This document shows positions 62,590-64,000 of a stretch of 64,000 nt of DNA, in pieces. The notes beneath the pieces are model-generated. The model was given only the letters and a program-made list of their open reading frames with translations. It made no database searches and had not been told where the DNA came from. Both the position numbers and the translations under genes were made by a program. This DNA is from an uncultured Candidatus Rokubacteria bacterium (GTDB lineage: Bacteria > Methylomirabilota > Methylomirabilia > Rokubacteriales > CSP1-6). The stretch spans positions 192,001 to 256,000 of the forward strand of contig CAVXJS010000010.1 in the NCBI GenBank assembly GCA_963762145.1. The letters run 5' to 3'. Positions within the stretch are counted from its first letter, which is position 1, and every line of letters begins with the position of its first letter.

Positions 62590-64000
62590 TCACGGCCGTC
62601 GCGGCCACCGCCCGGACGCCCGCAGCAGCTCGAACACCCGCGCGGCGGTGACGGGGGGACGGTCGATCTCGATGCCGTAGTCGGCGAGCGCGTCCTCGAC
62701 CGCGTTGGCGACCGCGGCGGCGGGCGAGATGACGCCGCTCTCGCCCACGCCCTTGATGCCGAGGGGATTGATCGCGGACGGGAAATCCAGGTGGATGACC
62801 TCGAGCGGCGGCATCTCGTCGGCGCGCGGCATCGGCGTAGTCCATGAGGGTGCCGGTGAGGAGCTGGCCCGCGTCGTCGTAGATCAGCGCCTCGCCCAGC
62901 GCGCTGCCGAGACCCTGGGCGATGCCGCCGTGGAGCTGGCCCTCGACGATCATCGGGTTGATGGGCCGCCCGCAGTCGTGCATGGCGAGCGAGCTTGAGC
63001 AGCCGGATGCTGCACGCTTCCACGATCCACCTCGGCGACGACGCCCTGCACGCCGAAGGCCCACGTGACCGTGTCGGGATAGAAGAAGGCGCAGGCGCTG
63101 AGCCCGGGGCCTCCCGCGTCCGCCACCGCGCGGCTCCGCACCGCGGCGCGCGCCACCTGGCCCAGGCTCACGCTCTTGCCGGGCACGCCCTTCACGTGCA
63201 CGCGACCCTCGGCGAGCACGACGTCCTCGGGCGCGCACTCGAAGAGCTCGGCGGCCACGAGGCGCGCCTTGTGCGCCACCTGCGCGGCGGTGCGCTGCAC
63301 CGCGGGGCCGCTCACCGCGGCCACCCGGCTCGCGATCGTGCCCATGCCGTAGCCGACCAGGCTGGTGTCGCCGCCCACCACCACCACGGACTCGAGCGGC
63401 ACCGCCAGCTCGTCGGCCGCGATCTGGGCCAGCGTGGTCTCGTGCCCCTGGCCCTGCGCGCAGACGCCCAGGTGCACGAACACGGTGCCGTCCGGGATCC
63501 ACGCGGATGTCCGCGCCCTCGAAGGGCCCGAGCCCGGTGCCCTCGACGTAGGCGCAGAGCCCGAGGCCGATGGGTCGCGCGCTCCCCCGGCGCTTCGCCT
63601 GCTCGGCCCGCCAGCCGGCGTAGTCGAGCGCGCGCGAGGAGCCGGTCGAAGGCGGCCGGGTAGTCCGCCGGGTCGTAGGTGATGGGCGCGCCGTCGCGGT
63701 AGGTGAGCCCGGTGGGGCGCGGCATCTCGTCGGCCCGGATCAGGTTTCGCCGCCGCAGCTCGGCCGGATCCATCCCGATGCGCCGCGCCGCCCGATCCAG
63801 CAGCCGATCGAGCACGAAGGCGGCTTCGGGCCGGCCGGCGCCGCGATAGGCGGCGGCGAACGTCTTGTGGGTGAGCAACGTTCCGGCCGATCCCGCGGTA
63901 GTTCGGCACCTGGTAGGGGCCGGGCAGGTGATTGATGGTGTTCAGCGTGATGGCCTCGCCGAGCATGGGCGAGGCGCCGTGATCGCGGGTGAACGCGGTG
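62590..64000 (-). CDS. Xanthine dehydrogenase-family molybdopterin-binding subunit, 5'-partial and frameshifted
   Basis: [24 protein letters not shown] and GIKGVGESG motifs. Confidence 0.85.

Overview
High-GC bacterial DNA (about 70% by eye). The gene content (TctABC, four LLM oxidoreductases, three Mo-hydroxylase large subunits, Rieske oxygenases, an ABC_sub_bind remnant) resembles Ca. Rokubacteria/Methylomirabilota; this is inference, as no marker gene except rnpB is present. Most of the window is catabolic and transport genes, plus an RNase P RNA at 50.8-51.2 kb on the minus strand. Indel frameshifts cluster at 24-27, 35.8-40.4, 45-47.3 and 61-64 kb and look like long-read errors. The most interesting signal is a 5.3-14.7 kb island of small unknown proteins with six near-consensus sigma-54 (-24/-12) promoters, plus a seventh before mlaC. 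Six of these seven have a GTA-N5-TAC palindrome, exact or with one mismatch, 67-105 nt upstream. The island also encodes a secreted poly-Gly/(Gly-Ala)n TPR protein and an Ivy-like lipoprotein. Other highlights are two 84-85 bp hairpin elements with compensatory changes, a REP-like family with tandemly amplified tails, a two-domain CoA-transferase split by an in-frame TAG, and a PAS-HisKA sensor with no ATPase domain. No CRISPR array, tRNA, rRNA or transposase was found.
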